A stretch of DNA of 64,000 bases from an uncultured Pseudomonadota bacterium (GTDB taxonomy: Bacteria > Babelota > Babeliae > Babelales > RVW-14). The position numbers and the translations under genes were made by a program. Shown here piece by piece: positions 36,466-44,774 of this stretch. Location of the stretch: NCBI GenBank assembly GCA_964568625.1, contig CAZMQG010000004.1, positions 16,289 through 80,288 on the forward strand, written 5' to 3'. Under the pieces are notes generated by a model. The model was not told where the DNA came from and ran no database searches. It saw only the letters and a list, made by a program, of their open reading frames with translations. Each line of letters opens with the position of its first letter. Positions within the stretch are counted from its first letter, which is position 1.

Positions 36466-36909
36466 ATGAGATTTGATATGTTAAAGTCAAACTATGGTAT
36501 TAAAAGAGGTTTTAATGTGGCAAGGTCACGATCTTTGGCTTTGAGTGTACGACGTTTTAAATTTGAAAAATTACAACTTGGTTTTTTGTTAATAGAATTG
36601 ATGATGGCAATTTTTATTGGGCTGGTACTAATTTCTTTGTTGATGAGAATGCAATCGCTATTGATTGAGTTAGAAGACTCTTTTTATATGAGGGAAAAGG
36701 CATTGGGGTTGGTTGTTGAATGGCTGGAGCGTGATGCTTTTGTGAAAAACGGGGTGGATAAGAATGGCAACAGATCAGCTGTTATTGCCAGTTATGGACG
36801 TAATTTTAGTCTTAATTTGGAACGAAATTATTCTGAAAATAATTTGGTTATAAAAGTTAAAGCAGAGTGGAAAACATTGGTTGGTAAAAAATGCTGTCTT
36901 GAAATATGA
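36466..36909 (+). CDS. Prepilin-type N-terminal cleavage/methylation domain protein (minor pseudopilin)
   Basis: LQLG|FLLIELMMAIFIGLVLISLL matches the G|F-x-x-x-E prepilin motif (Glu at +5). A more likely start is GTG 36517, preceded by AAGAGG. Confidence 0.7.
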   Translation: MRFDMLKSNYGIKRGFNVARSRSLALSVRRFKFEKLQLGFLLIELMMAIFIGLVLISLLMRMQSLLIELEDSFYMREKALGLVVEWLERDAFVKNGVDKNGNRSAVIASYGRNFSLNLERNYSENNLVIKVKAEWKTLVGKKCCLEI

Positions 36910-37472
36910 AGAATAAAGGTTTTTCATTAATTGAATGCACAATTTACCTTGCCCTATTTTCATTTATATCTATTTTGTTTTTGGGTGTGGCATCAAGAGC
37001 TCAACTTAAATTTATGAGTATTTCTGTTGAACAAGAAAATTTTTACAGACAAGTTCTTGCAGTTGATCTTTTACGTAGAGATTTAATGAGTGCCGGGCAA
37101 TATTTTTCAGATTGGGATTTACAACCGTCTGTTCTAAAGCAGTCTGTTTTTAAAAAGTTAACACTGTCTGACAAAAATTCACCGGAGAGCGTTGCTGTTT
37201 CATGGTTTATTGGAAATCAGGGTCTTATGCGTGCTCAGGGGCAATATAATTTTATTAAACACGAATGGATTCATAAGACTTCTTGTCTTGTTTGTAAATC
37301 CATAAAAGAGATCAATTTTGTGCTGGAAAAATGTTTTGACGTACAAAACAAAGAGTCCAGATCAGAGTATTGTGGCGTTTGGGTTGTTTATAAAAGTGTT
37401 AACTCTGTGCAGGACCAAAAATTTTTTGGCCAAAAATTTTTTGTAAAATTTAGAAATAGGGTTGTGTTGTGA
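36906..37472 (+). CDS. Prepilin-type N-terminal cleavage/methylation domain protein (minor pseudopilin, GspJ/PilW-like size)
   Basis: MKNKG|FSLIECTIYLALFSFISILFLG. ATGA overlap with the upstream gene. Confidence 0.75.
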   Translation: MKNKGFSLIECTIYLALFSFISILFLGVASRAQLKFMSISVEQENFYRQVLAVDLLRRDLMSAGQYFSDWDLQPSVLKQSVFKKLTLSDKNSPESVAVSWFIGNQGLMRAQGQYNFIKHEWIHKTSCLVCKSIKEINFVLEKCFDVQNKESRSEYCGVWVVYKSVNSVQDQKFFGQKFFVKFRNRVVL

Positions 37473-37963
37473 AATATAAACTTTCTAATGGAAGTGCCTT
37501 ATTACTGATTTTTATTATATCGTTTGTTGTTTCGCTTGCTGCAATACGCTGTTGGCAGGTATCTAGTCTGCTATGTGATGTTCAGTATCAACGAGAGCTT
37601 TTTTATAAACGCTTTTACTTAACGAACAGAATTTTGAATGCGGGAATCGATTTGGCTTGTAAAAATTTTGATACCTTTTTAAAATTGAAAAAATCAACAG
37701 ATGTTGCAATGCCCATTGATATGAATTTTTGTTTAACAGAGCTTGAGATCAAAAATTCATATATTGCGCAGCTTACTGTTGCAACTGTTATGAGTAAGAA
37801 GATTAAGTCAGACATTCCAAAGCCTAATCGTCTTTTATTAACAGCAAGATTGTTTAATAATAATGAAAACGTTTGTAAGTTAAGATGTTTACTGGAGCGT
37901 AAGAAGAATGAAAATGGGGTGTCTTTTGTGGTTTCTCATTTTACTCTCAGCTCTTCTTTATGA
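37469..37963 (+). CDS. Pseudopilin-like protein lacking Glu+5 (GspK/PilX-like N-terminus)
   Basis: GTGA overlap with the upstream gene. MKYKLSNGSALLLIFIISFVVSLAAI hydrophobic N-terminal helix without Glu5. Confidence 0.5.
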   Translation: MKYKLSNGSALLLIFIISFVVSLAAIRCWQVSSLLCDVQYQRELFYKRFYLTNRILNAGIDLACKNFDTFLKLKKSTDVAMPIDMNFCLTELEIKNSYIAQLTVATVMSKKIKSDIPKPNRLLLTARLFNNNENVCKLRCLLERKKNENGVSFVVSHFTLSSSL

Positions 37964-39305
37964 TGTAGCATTTTTTTCCCCGGAATATTTTGGTTTTTTT
38001 GTTTTACCATCTTTATTATTGATTTTTTTTGCTTTGAATTTGGCACAAAATTCAAAATATATGCAAATTGGTGTAGATGGCGGAGCATCCGAGAGTAGGG
38101 CGAATCATTCAGGCGCGCAATTTTTTTGGCTTGGGTTAGTATGGGGCGTGTTTGTATTTTCGGTCCATTTTGTTTGGTTACTGGTGTTACTTTTAGATAA
38201 AGTTCAATCCGGTAAAAGCTTTGCAATATTTGCGTATGCATTTGGAATGACTTATTTTTCTCTTACCAGTGCCATATGGTTTATGGTTATTGGGTTTTTG
38301 ATAAAAAAAATTTCACGTTATTATACTTCGCAAATTTTAATGTTTTTTGTTACCTGCTATGGCTATTTTTATCTGCTCGAAAATTATGCATTGTGGTGGT
38401 TAGGGAGATTAGAGGGATATCCATTTTTAAATCCATTAATCCCACTGATTAACTTTAAGCTTTTTGCAAAAATATTTATGGTTGCAGGTACTTTACTTGG
38501 ACTGGGCGTTGGCAGTTATAACAGTGACGTTATCAATAATAATTATGCTGATTTTCCACAACCTGACGGTGTCGAGTTTATCTATTTAAGACCTGAGATT
38601 GTATCAGTTGATCAAAATTTGGTTAGTTATGAGTATCAAATTTACAGAAAGCTTTGTGATTTGAAATTATGGGAGAGACGAGACGAACACCAGCAGTTTA
38701 TAATTTTTGCGCCTGAGAGCTCATTTCCGTTTCCGTTAAATACTTATCCGAGAGTTATGGAGATGTGGAGTAATGTTTTACCCGATAATGCACATTTGTT
38801 AATAGGCACTCAGTACAAGCTTAATGGGAAAATTTGTCAGGCAGTGTGTTGGTTAAATAAATGTCGCATAAGAAAATTTTATGTCAAAAAACATTGCGTG
38901 CCGTTTGTAGAAAAAATTCCTCATCTTTATAAAAGGCTTAAACCTATAAGAGATGTTTTTTTGAGTGATGTTTTTCCTGAAGGTGTGGCCCAATTTTCCA
39001 GGCTTAAAAAGTTAAAGCAGCAAAATTATTTTGAATTTGATGGTTTTAAATCTTCCAATGACAAAATTATTTTTATTCCGCAAATTTGTTCAGAGTTATT
39101 TTTTGTCTCAAATTATAAATTGTTTTCTGAAATTGTAACGTGTTACACCAAACATAATGATTTTGCTTTTGTCACATTTTTTGTAAATGACAGTTGGTTT
39201 TTAAATTATTTTAAAAAGATAATGCAAGATAGTGCCAGATTAAAGTCGATTCTTAGCGGAGTTCCATTGATTTATGTTGGGCATAAAGAATTAAAACTCT
39301 TTTGA
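37908..39305 (+). CDS. lnt: Apolipoprotein N-acyltransferase
   Basis: Multi-pass N-terminal domain plus a nitrilase-like domain with E/K/C contexts IIFAPESSFPF, KKHCVPFVEKIP, IPQICSELFF. The start is uncertain (overlaps the upstream ORF by 56 nt). Confidence 0.75.
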   Translation: MKMGCLLWFLILLSALLYDVAFFSPEYFGFFVLPSLLLIFFALNLAQNSKYMQIGVDGGASESRANHSGAQFFWLGLVWGVFVFSVHFVWLLVLLLDKVQSGKSFAIFAYAFGMTYFSLTSAIWFMVIGFLIKKISRYYTSQILMFFVTCYGYFYLLENYALWWLGRLEGYPFLNPLIPLINFKLFAKIFMVAGTLLGLGVGSYNSDVINNNYADFPQPDGVEFIYLRPEIVSVDQNLVSYEYQIYRKLCDLKLWERRDEHQQFIIFAPESSFPFPLNTYPRVMEMWSNVLPDNAHLLIGTQYKLNGKICQAVCWLNKCRIRKFYVKKHCVPFVEKIPHLYKRLKPIRDVFLSDVFPEGVAQFSRLKKLKQQNYFEFDGFKSSNDKIIFIPQICSELFFVSNYKLFSEIVTCYTKHNDFAFVTFFVNDSWFLNYFKKIMQDSARLKSILSGVPLIYVGHKELKLF

Positions 39306-39405
39306 TACAAATTTTTGGGCAATCTGTTATAATTTTTTACACGAGTTTAGTGTTTTTTAAACTTAGGGTTAATGCAATTAATCCAAACCAAAAAGAGGGT
39401 TGATT

Positions 39406-39855
39406 ATGAAAGTGTACATGCTCAAAGATGTTGTAAATGTTGGTATGGCTGGAACAATGATAAATGTTTCTGACGGATATGCCAAAAATTTCCTTTTCCC
39501 TCGTAAACTTGCTGTTGAAGTAACAGATGAAAATGCTTCAAATTTTAAAGTAAAGATTGAAGCGGTGAAGCAAAAGACTGAAGTTATAAATAGCAAAATT
39601 GCAATGTTGGCAGAAAAAATAAAGGCTCTTCATCTTGCAATAAAAGAAAAAACTCATGATGATGGAAAGCTTTATGGTTCAGTTGGTCCAGATGAAATTG
39701 TTGAGTTGTTAAAAAAGAATGAAATTGTTGTAAATCGTAAACAGATTGAATTTGATAAGTCTATAAAAGCTGTTGGTGACCATAAAGTTACAGTTAAGCT
39801 TTCAGCAAAATTGAAACCACAGTTTATATTAAAGGTTTCTGCTTTATCAAAGTAG
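39406..39855 (+). CDS. rplI: 50S ribosomal protein L9
   Basis: MKVYMLKDVVNVGMAGTMINVSDGYAKNFLFPRKLAVEVT. GAGGG upstream. Confidence 0.95.
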   Translation: MKVYMLKDVVNVGMAGTMINVSDGYAKNFLFPRKLAVEVTDENASNFKVKIEAVKQKTEVINSKIAMLAEKIKALHLAIKEKTHDDGKLYGSVGPDEIVELLKKNEIVVNRKQIEFDKSIKAVGDHKVTVKLSAKLKPQFILKVSALSK

Positions 39856-39884
39856 ATTTTATATACATTTAATTTAGGGATTTG

Positions 39885-41276
39885 ATGTCTGAGTTAGCAT
39901 ACAGAGAGAAATTTCAAGAAAACAAAGCGGTTCAGACCGAATCGGTGCTAGGTAAAAAATTGCCGGCCAGTGTTGACGCTGAAAAAGCGGTACTGGCCGC
40001 TATACTTTTAAACGATGAAAATTTAACGTTAGTTACCGATATTTTAAAGTCTTCCGATTTTTCACTTAAACAACATCAGGTTATTTATCAAGCAATTATT
40101 GATTTGGCGCAAGCAAATAAAAAGCTTGATTTACTTGTATTACAAGATTATCTGGATACAAAAAAATTACTTGATACTTGTGGAGGTATTACCTATCTTA
40201 TCGAGCTTCAGGAGGATATTCCATCCATTGGGCTTGTTGTTCAACATGCAAAAATTGTTAAAGACAAAGCTATTTTGCGTGATTTAATTCACTCTGCAGC
40301 TGACATTATTACAACGTGCTATAACCAAGATATTAATGAAATTGACAGTGTGCTTGATTCGGCAGAAAAACAGATTTTTCAGATTTCAAATAAGCTTTCT
40401 CCGACTACATTTGTTCAACTTGATATACTGTTAAAAAAAACATTTCAAAATTTGGCCAAAGTTAAATCGTCTCGTGAAGGTGTGACAGGTACTCCTTCGG
40501 GTTTTGCAAAATTTGATGAGATGACGTCCGGCATGCAAAATGGCGATTTACTTATTTTGGCAGCACGTCCCTCAATGGGAAAAACTGCATTGGCCCTTAA
40601 TTTTGCCTTGAATGCTTGGCATAGTGGATCGTCAATCGGTATATTTTCACTTGAAATGTCATCAGAACAGTTAGTTTTGCGTATGCTTTCAGCAGAGGCG
40701 CAGATTCCTCACCAAAAAATTCGTAATGCAATGGTTTCTTCTGATGAATGGATGGACTTAACAAATACTGCGGCAAGCCTGGCTGAGGCCAAAATTTTTA
40801 TTGATGACTCGCCCGGTTTAAATATTCTTGAGTTGAGAGCTAAAGCGCGAAAACTTAAAGCGCAGTATAATATTGGTTTTCTGGTGATCGATTATTTGCA
40901 GCTGATAAGTTCCAGTCAAAGACATGAAAATAGAACACAAGAGATTTCCGCAATATCGCGTTCCCTTAAAGCGTTGGCAAAAGAGTTGGGAATTCCAGTT
41001 CTTGCATTATCCCAGTTATCTCGATCATTGGAAAGTCGTATGGATAAACGCCCTATGTTATCTGACCTTCGTGAATCCGGAGCTATTGAGCAAGATGGTG
41101 ACGTGATATTTTTTATTTATCGAGATATTGTCTACAACCCTGATACTCAAAATCCTGATATTGCTGAAATTATTATCGGCAAACAGCGTAACGGCCCAAC
41201 GGGGCAATTTAATGTAAAATTTCGTGGGGATATAACACGTTTTTATGATGTGTCTGATCATGAATATCCCATGTAA
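39885..41276 (+). CDS. dnaB: Replicative DNA helicase
   Basis: LPASVDAEKAVLAAILL, GTPSGFAKFDEMTSGMQNGDLLILAARPSMGKTALALN (Walker A), VIDYLQLI, SQLSRSLE, IIGKQRNGPTG. Confidence 0.96.
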   Translation: MSELAYREKFQENKAVQTESVLGKKLPASVDAEKAVLAAILLNDENLTLVTDILKSSDFSLKQHQVIYQAIIDLAQANKKLDLLVLQDYLDTKKLLDTCGGITYLIELQEDIPSIGLVVQHAKIVKDKAILRDLIHSAADIITTCYNQDINEIDSVLDSAEKQIFQISNKLSPTTFVQLDILLKKTFQNLAKVKSSREGVTGTPSGFAKFDEMTSGMQNGDLLILAARPSMGKTALALNFALNAWHSGSSIGIFSLEMSSEQLVLRMLSAEAQIPHQKIRNAMVSSDEWMDLTNTAASLAEAKIFIDDSPGLNILELRAKARKLKAQYNIGFLVIDYLQLISSSQRHENRTQEISAISRSLKALAKELGIPVLALSQLSRSLESRMDKRPMLSDLRESGAIEQDGDVIFFIYRDIVYNPDTQNPDIAEIIIGKQRNGPTGQFNVKFRGDITRFYDVSDHEYPM

Positions 41277-41349
41277 TTTTGGTTCAAGTTTATAATTAAA
41301 ACATGCTTTATTTTGGTCAAGTCTTGTCTAAAGAAGGGGAGAGTGCGAC

Positions 41350-41868
41350 ATGAACGGTGATTCGGTTATTCTTGGAGTTGATCCCGGTTTTCACGTAACG
41401 GGATATGCTATTTTAAAAAAAGAATCAGGGAAGACATTTCTAATCGATTGTGGGTATTTGAAGATGAGTTCAACTCAAACGCTTTCAACTCGTGTTGGAA
41501 TTTTTTATAAGTTTTTTAACGAAAAGATTACAAAATGTGGTGTGCGTGAGATAGCACTTGAAACATCTTTTTTGGGAAAGAATGCTCAAACATTTTTAAA
41601 GTTGGGGTATTTGCGAGGTATTTTATATCTTTTGGCTGATCAGCATGGACAGGTTTTGCATGAATTTGCACCACGTGAAGTTAAAACTGCGGTAACCGGT
41701 TTTGGTGGTGCAAGTAAAGAACAGGTAGCCAGTATGGTTTTTCGTTTATTTCCTCGAGTTGCAGAATTGGGTGTTTCCGTACAAAATGACGTTACTGATG
41801 CATTGGCAATTAGTCTTTGTGGATTGTGGATGTCTGGATCACCTTTGGCCAGGGCCATGAAATCTTGA
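41350..41868 (+). CDS. ruvC: Crossover junction endodeoxyribonuclease RuvC
   Basis: ILGVDPGFHVTGYAIL, IALETSFLGKNAQT, EFAPREVKTAVTGFGGASKEQV, DVTDALAISLC. Confidence 0.92.
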   Translation: MNGDSVILGVDPGFHVTGYAILKKESGKTFLIDCGYLKMSSTQTLSTRVGIFYKFFNEKITKCGVREIALETSFLGKNAQTFLKLGYLRGILYLLADQHGQVLHEFAPREVKTAVTGFGGASKEQVASMVFRLFPRVAELGVSVQNDVTDALAISLCGLWMSGSPLARAMKS

Positions 41869-42004
41869 TTTCCTGGTAATTCATCAGTCTTAACTTCCGG
41901 AAGCCTTGGGTTTATCTAAAATAATAATTATGTAAATCAACAAAATCGCTGAGACCCTTGATTGGAAGGGTAGTTTTAAAATTGAGAATTATGTTTGACA
42001 AGTA

Positions 42005-42032
42005 ACGTCTGATAATGATTATTATGTTAAAG
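42005..42032. other. Candidate dif (XerC/D recombination) site
   Basis: acgtctgataa-tgatta-ttatgttaaag. The right arm matches 10 of 11 positions of the E. coli XerD arm TTATGTTAAAT, and the left arm ends in the conserved ATAA. It lies in a 460-bp convergent intergenic region. Confidence 0.3.
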
Positions 42033-42613
42033 ATTAAGATGAAATTTTAAATTGGGTTAGCGCGACTGACGTCGCGTAACGGCAATTTAATTTCCGAATC
42101 TTTAGCTAAGGAAGTAAAGCCTAGTATTTAGGATTAATAAAAAGATATAGTTAGAAAACTACTTAATTGATAATATTACTAAAAAATTCGTAGCTGAACC
42201 AACCAATCGTACGATACCTTGTAAATCCATTTGATATATACCAATAGAACGACTAAATAATTTATAAGGTCTTACATAATATTAATAAATTTAATAAATT
42301 TTGAATTTATTAAAAATTTAATGAAAATCAAAATATTTTGACCCAAAAAAGGGAAAAACCTGCTTTTGGATTTTTTGCGCTTAGATTCATTTTTTTGCCA
42401 CGCGTTTTTATAATTTTAAAGCCCCAGCCAATCGCACGATTTTTTCCCATTACTCTCTTTTTACAACCAATCAACGACAAAAAACAATTTGAAAAATAAC
42501 CAATGCTGATACCTGCGCTGACTCGATGAAACATACTGTTTTCGAGTAATAAAGAATAAATATCAATAAAGGGAAATGCTAAGCGCAAAACAAAAATCGT
42601 TCTCTCGCTTATT

Positions 42614-43234
42614 TTAAAACGTCTCAGTCTCTGTTTCAAATATTGGCTCAAGCATTATTGCCTCTACTTCAGCATATTCCTGTTTTCCGTTATCTTTAAA
42701 AAACTGGACTATCATTAAGGACGTATATCCCTCATAATTAGGTTGATTAACATCAACGCCTGCGTAAATAAGCATCTTTACAATTTTTAGTCGGTTTTCA
42801 TCGATTGTGTAAGAATTTCTACTACTGCTATCATAAACAGCATGATGCAACAGTGTATCTCCCATGCCATCTAACCAGTTTACATCAGCTCCAGCTTCAA
42901 TAAGTATATACACAAAATCCTTATTTCCATTTTTTATTGCACTTACTAATATTTTTTCTAAAGGAACATTACTAGTAACCGCTTTTTCTTTGGACTTTGG
43001 ATTCTTTAAATCAATAGACAGTTGTCTTAACTCCTGAGTTAATCTAGTTTGATCTGCATCACTTAAATTAGCACTTAATGTTTTTAATTCCTCGATCGCT
43101 TTTTTCAACTCTTCAAGCTGTAGTTTTTGATTAACATGCTCAATAAAAGCATTCGGATTATACATTCCATAACTAGAAAATACAGTAGAATACAAAACCA
43201 TTGTTATCAATATAAGTTTTTTAAAATTTTTCAT
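42614..43234 (-). CDS. Ankyrin-repeat protein with signal peptide
   Basis: Leader MKNFKKLILITMVLYSTVFSSYG. Coiled-coil segment, then ANK repeats (ILVSAIKNGNKDFVYILIEAGADVN, DTLLHHAVY, IVKMLIYAGVDVN). Confidence 0.85.
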   Translation of the reverse strand: MKNFKKLILITMVLYSTVFSSYGMYNPNAFIEHVNQKLQLEELKKAIEELKTLSANLSDADQTRLTQELRQLSIDLKNPKSKEKAVTSNVPLEKILVSAIKNGNKDFVYILIEAGADVNWLDGMGDTLLHHAVYDSSSRNSYTIDENRLKIVKMLIYAGVDVNQPNYEGYTSLMIVQFFKDNGKQEYAEVEAIMLEPIFETETETF

Positions 43235-43249
43235 ATATGTCCCTTTTTC

Positions 43250-44266
43250 TTAAATCTTAAAACCCATAGTTCTTAAGTTAGATTTTAAATCTTCTGGAAT
43301 TTCAATTCTGTTTCTTAAATAATGATCAACCAAAATTTGGACGCATGCTTCATTTCCCAACATGACAGCAAAGTGCAATGGAGTTTGTCCATAAACCTCA
43401 TATTTTATATTTTCAGGATCCGAAATTGAACACTGCTCTAAAAATTCATCTGAGTAGCAACTGTAAACTACTGGATTTGCACCTAACTCAAGTAATCTTT
43501 TTAAAAAATTGGGGCAATTTGGAAGTGTTCCTATAACAGCCCAATGTAAAGCTGTACCATCAAACAAATCTTTATCATTAACATTTAATCCCAAATTTAA
43601 TTCTTCAGATAAAGCTATCAATGTATTTAAAACCTCTACATTTCCAGTAAGCGCTGCATACTCTAACACTGTTAAACCTTCACTATCAAACGCCTTTATA
43701 TTTGCACCCGATCTAATTAAAACCTTAATGCATTCAATTTTCTCATCCCGAACTGCGTCATGTAAAAGAGAATACCTATATTCAACATCTCTTAGATTTT
43801 CATTAACATTTGCGCCAGCTCTTATTAATACTTTCATGCAACTAGGAAATCCTTTGTGTAATGCTTCAGATAAGAGAGCATTGAGATTATATCTATTAAG
43901 ATTTAATCCTGCATATTTTAATATTCTTAGAATTTCATCGTCGGACAAAAAGTCTCGCACTCTTTTACAAACTGATCTGTAGCTACAAATTTCTCCAATT
44001 AAGTTTATTAAATTTGGTAAGTTTATTAAATTTGGATTTTCAAAAAACATTTGATCTATGGTCTTTTGAACAAAAATGCTTTCTATTATTTCATTAGGCA
44101 TATCTGATAAAGTTATTTCAGACAATGCAGGTTCTTGTCTTTTTGCGGCTGGGTGTTCAGCCTGATCTACATCTTTACCTGTAAATTGACGCTTCATTCC
44201 ATACGCATCACTTCCCACAATTCCTAGCAATAATCCTACTGCCATTATCTTTATCATCTTTTTCAC
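43250..44266 (-). CDS. F-box-like + ankyrin-repeat protein with signal peptide
   Basis: GTG start 7 nt after AGGAGG. Leader MKKMIKIMAVGLLLGIVGSDAYG. F-box pattern LSDMPNEIIESIF...SVCKRVRDFLSDDEILRIL (43922-44116). ANK repeats SLLHDAVRDEKIECIKVLIRSGANI, LTVLEYAALTGN, GTALHWAV, QTPLHFAVMLGNEACVQILV. Confidence 0.8.
   Translation of the reverse strand: MKKMIKIMAVGLLLGIVGSDAYGMKRQFTGKDVDQAEHPAAKRQEPALSEITLSDMPNEIIESIFVQKTIDQMFFENPNLINLPNLINLIGEICSYRSVCKRVRDFLSDDEILRILKYAGLNLNRYNLNALLSEALHKGFPSCMKVLIRAGANVNENLRDVEYRYSLLHDAVRDEKIECIKVLIRSGANIKAFDSEGLTVLEYAALTGNVEVLNTLIALSEELNLGLNVNDKDLFDGTALHWAVIGTLPNCPNFLKRLLELGANPVVYSCYSDEFLEQCSISDPENIKYEVYGQTPLHFAVMLGNEACVQILVDHYLRNRIEIPEDLKSNLRTMGFKI
44001..44036 (-). 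repeat. 18-bp perfect-but-one tandem duplication inside the F-box region
   Basis: aagtttattaaatttggt / aagtttattaaatttgga, encoding PNLINL x2. Confidence 0.9.
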
Positions 44267-44426
44267 GATATAACCTCCTACTGTTTTAGAAAGCCAATAA
44301 ACTCCATTTTGATATAAAATATACTACCACATAATAACAAATTGTCAATTTTATCAACTTTCATCATTTAAAACGTATATTTATTTGCATACATTAATAT
44401 TCAATTAAGATAATGCATTTTTTAGA

Positions 44427-44462
44427 CAAAAAACAACCGCCATGTAATAAATTACATGGCGG
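44427..44462 (-). terminator. Rho-independent terminator about 310 nt downstream of recF
   Basis: 12-bp stem ccgccatgtaat / attacatggcgg. On the minus strand it is followed by ttgttttttgtc. Confidence 0.7.
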
Positions 44463-44774
44463 AAAAAGGAGAAAGGAGAGTAGTAATGAAGTCTTCTAAA
44501 ATTTTTTATCTTTTGGATACTTATCCATTATGACTTTCAATTACTGTATTTAATTTAACTGATTCTACAAGAAAATCAAGCTCTTTTTTAAATTGCCCAT
44601 ACAGAAAGAATTAAGCAATAAGTTTTCAAATATGCAATTTATTTATAACTCATTGTTCAATAAAAGCAATTTTGTTCTAAAAAATGTCAATTTACCCTGT
44701 ACTCAATTATCTTTAACTGGAGCATTGATGCTAAACTAAATTTGAAGAAAGTCAAACAAAAGACTTAAAAAAAG

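Noticed and set aside
41869-41912. cctggtaattcatcagtcttaacttccggaagccttggg just after ruvC looked superficially like the SRP (4.5S) RNA CCAGG...CCGGAAGG...AAGG core.
   Set aside because: The conserved GGAA tetraloop context and the AGCAGCC symmetric-loop bases are absent. Only a 10-bp palindrome cttccggaag is present, so it is more likely a weak terminator.
41995-42030. TTGACA at 41995-42000 followed 17-19 nt later by ATTATT/TATTAT could be a sigma-70-type promoter.
   Set aside because: There is no downstream plus-strand gene or recognisable RNA, and such hexamers arise by chance in AT-rich DNA. The same bases are better explained as part of the dif-like site, itself only a candidate.
42328-42651. 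A 107-aa minus-strand ORF overlapping the 3' end of the ankyrin gene. The fragment GISIGYF...IGWGFKI vaguely resembles an outer-membrane beta-barrel.
   Set aside because: It overlaps a better-supported gene, has no clear start or RBS, and is too short or degenerate to call. It may be a gene remnant.
43509-43982. A 157-aa plus-strand ORF antisense to the F-box/ANK gene, and similar antisense ORFs at 25062-25304, 47167-47559, 52739-53083 and 53801-54208.
   Set aside because: They are mirror-frame ORFs of confidently coding regions. They have Ser/Leu/Phe-rich translations and no independent signals.
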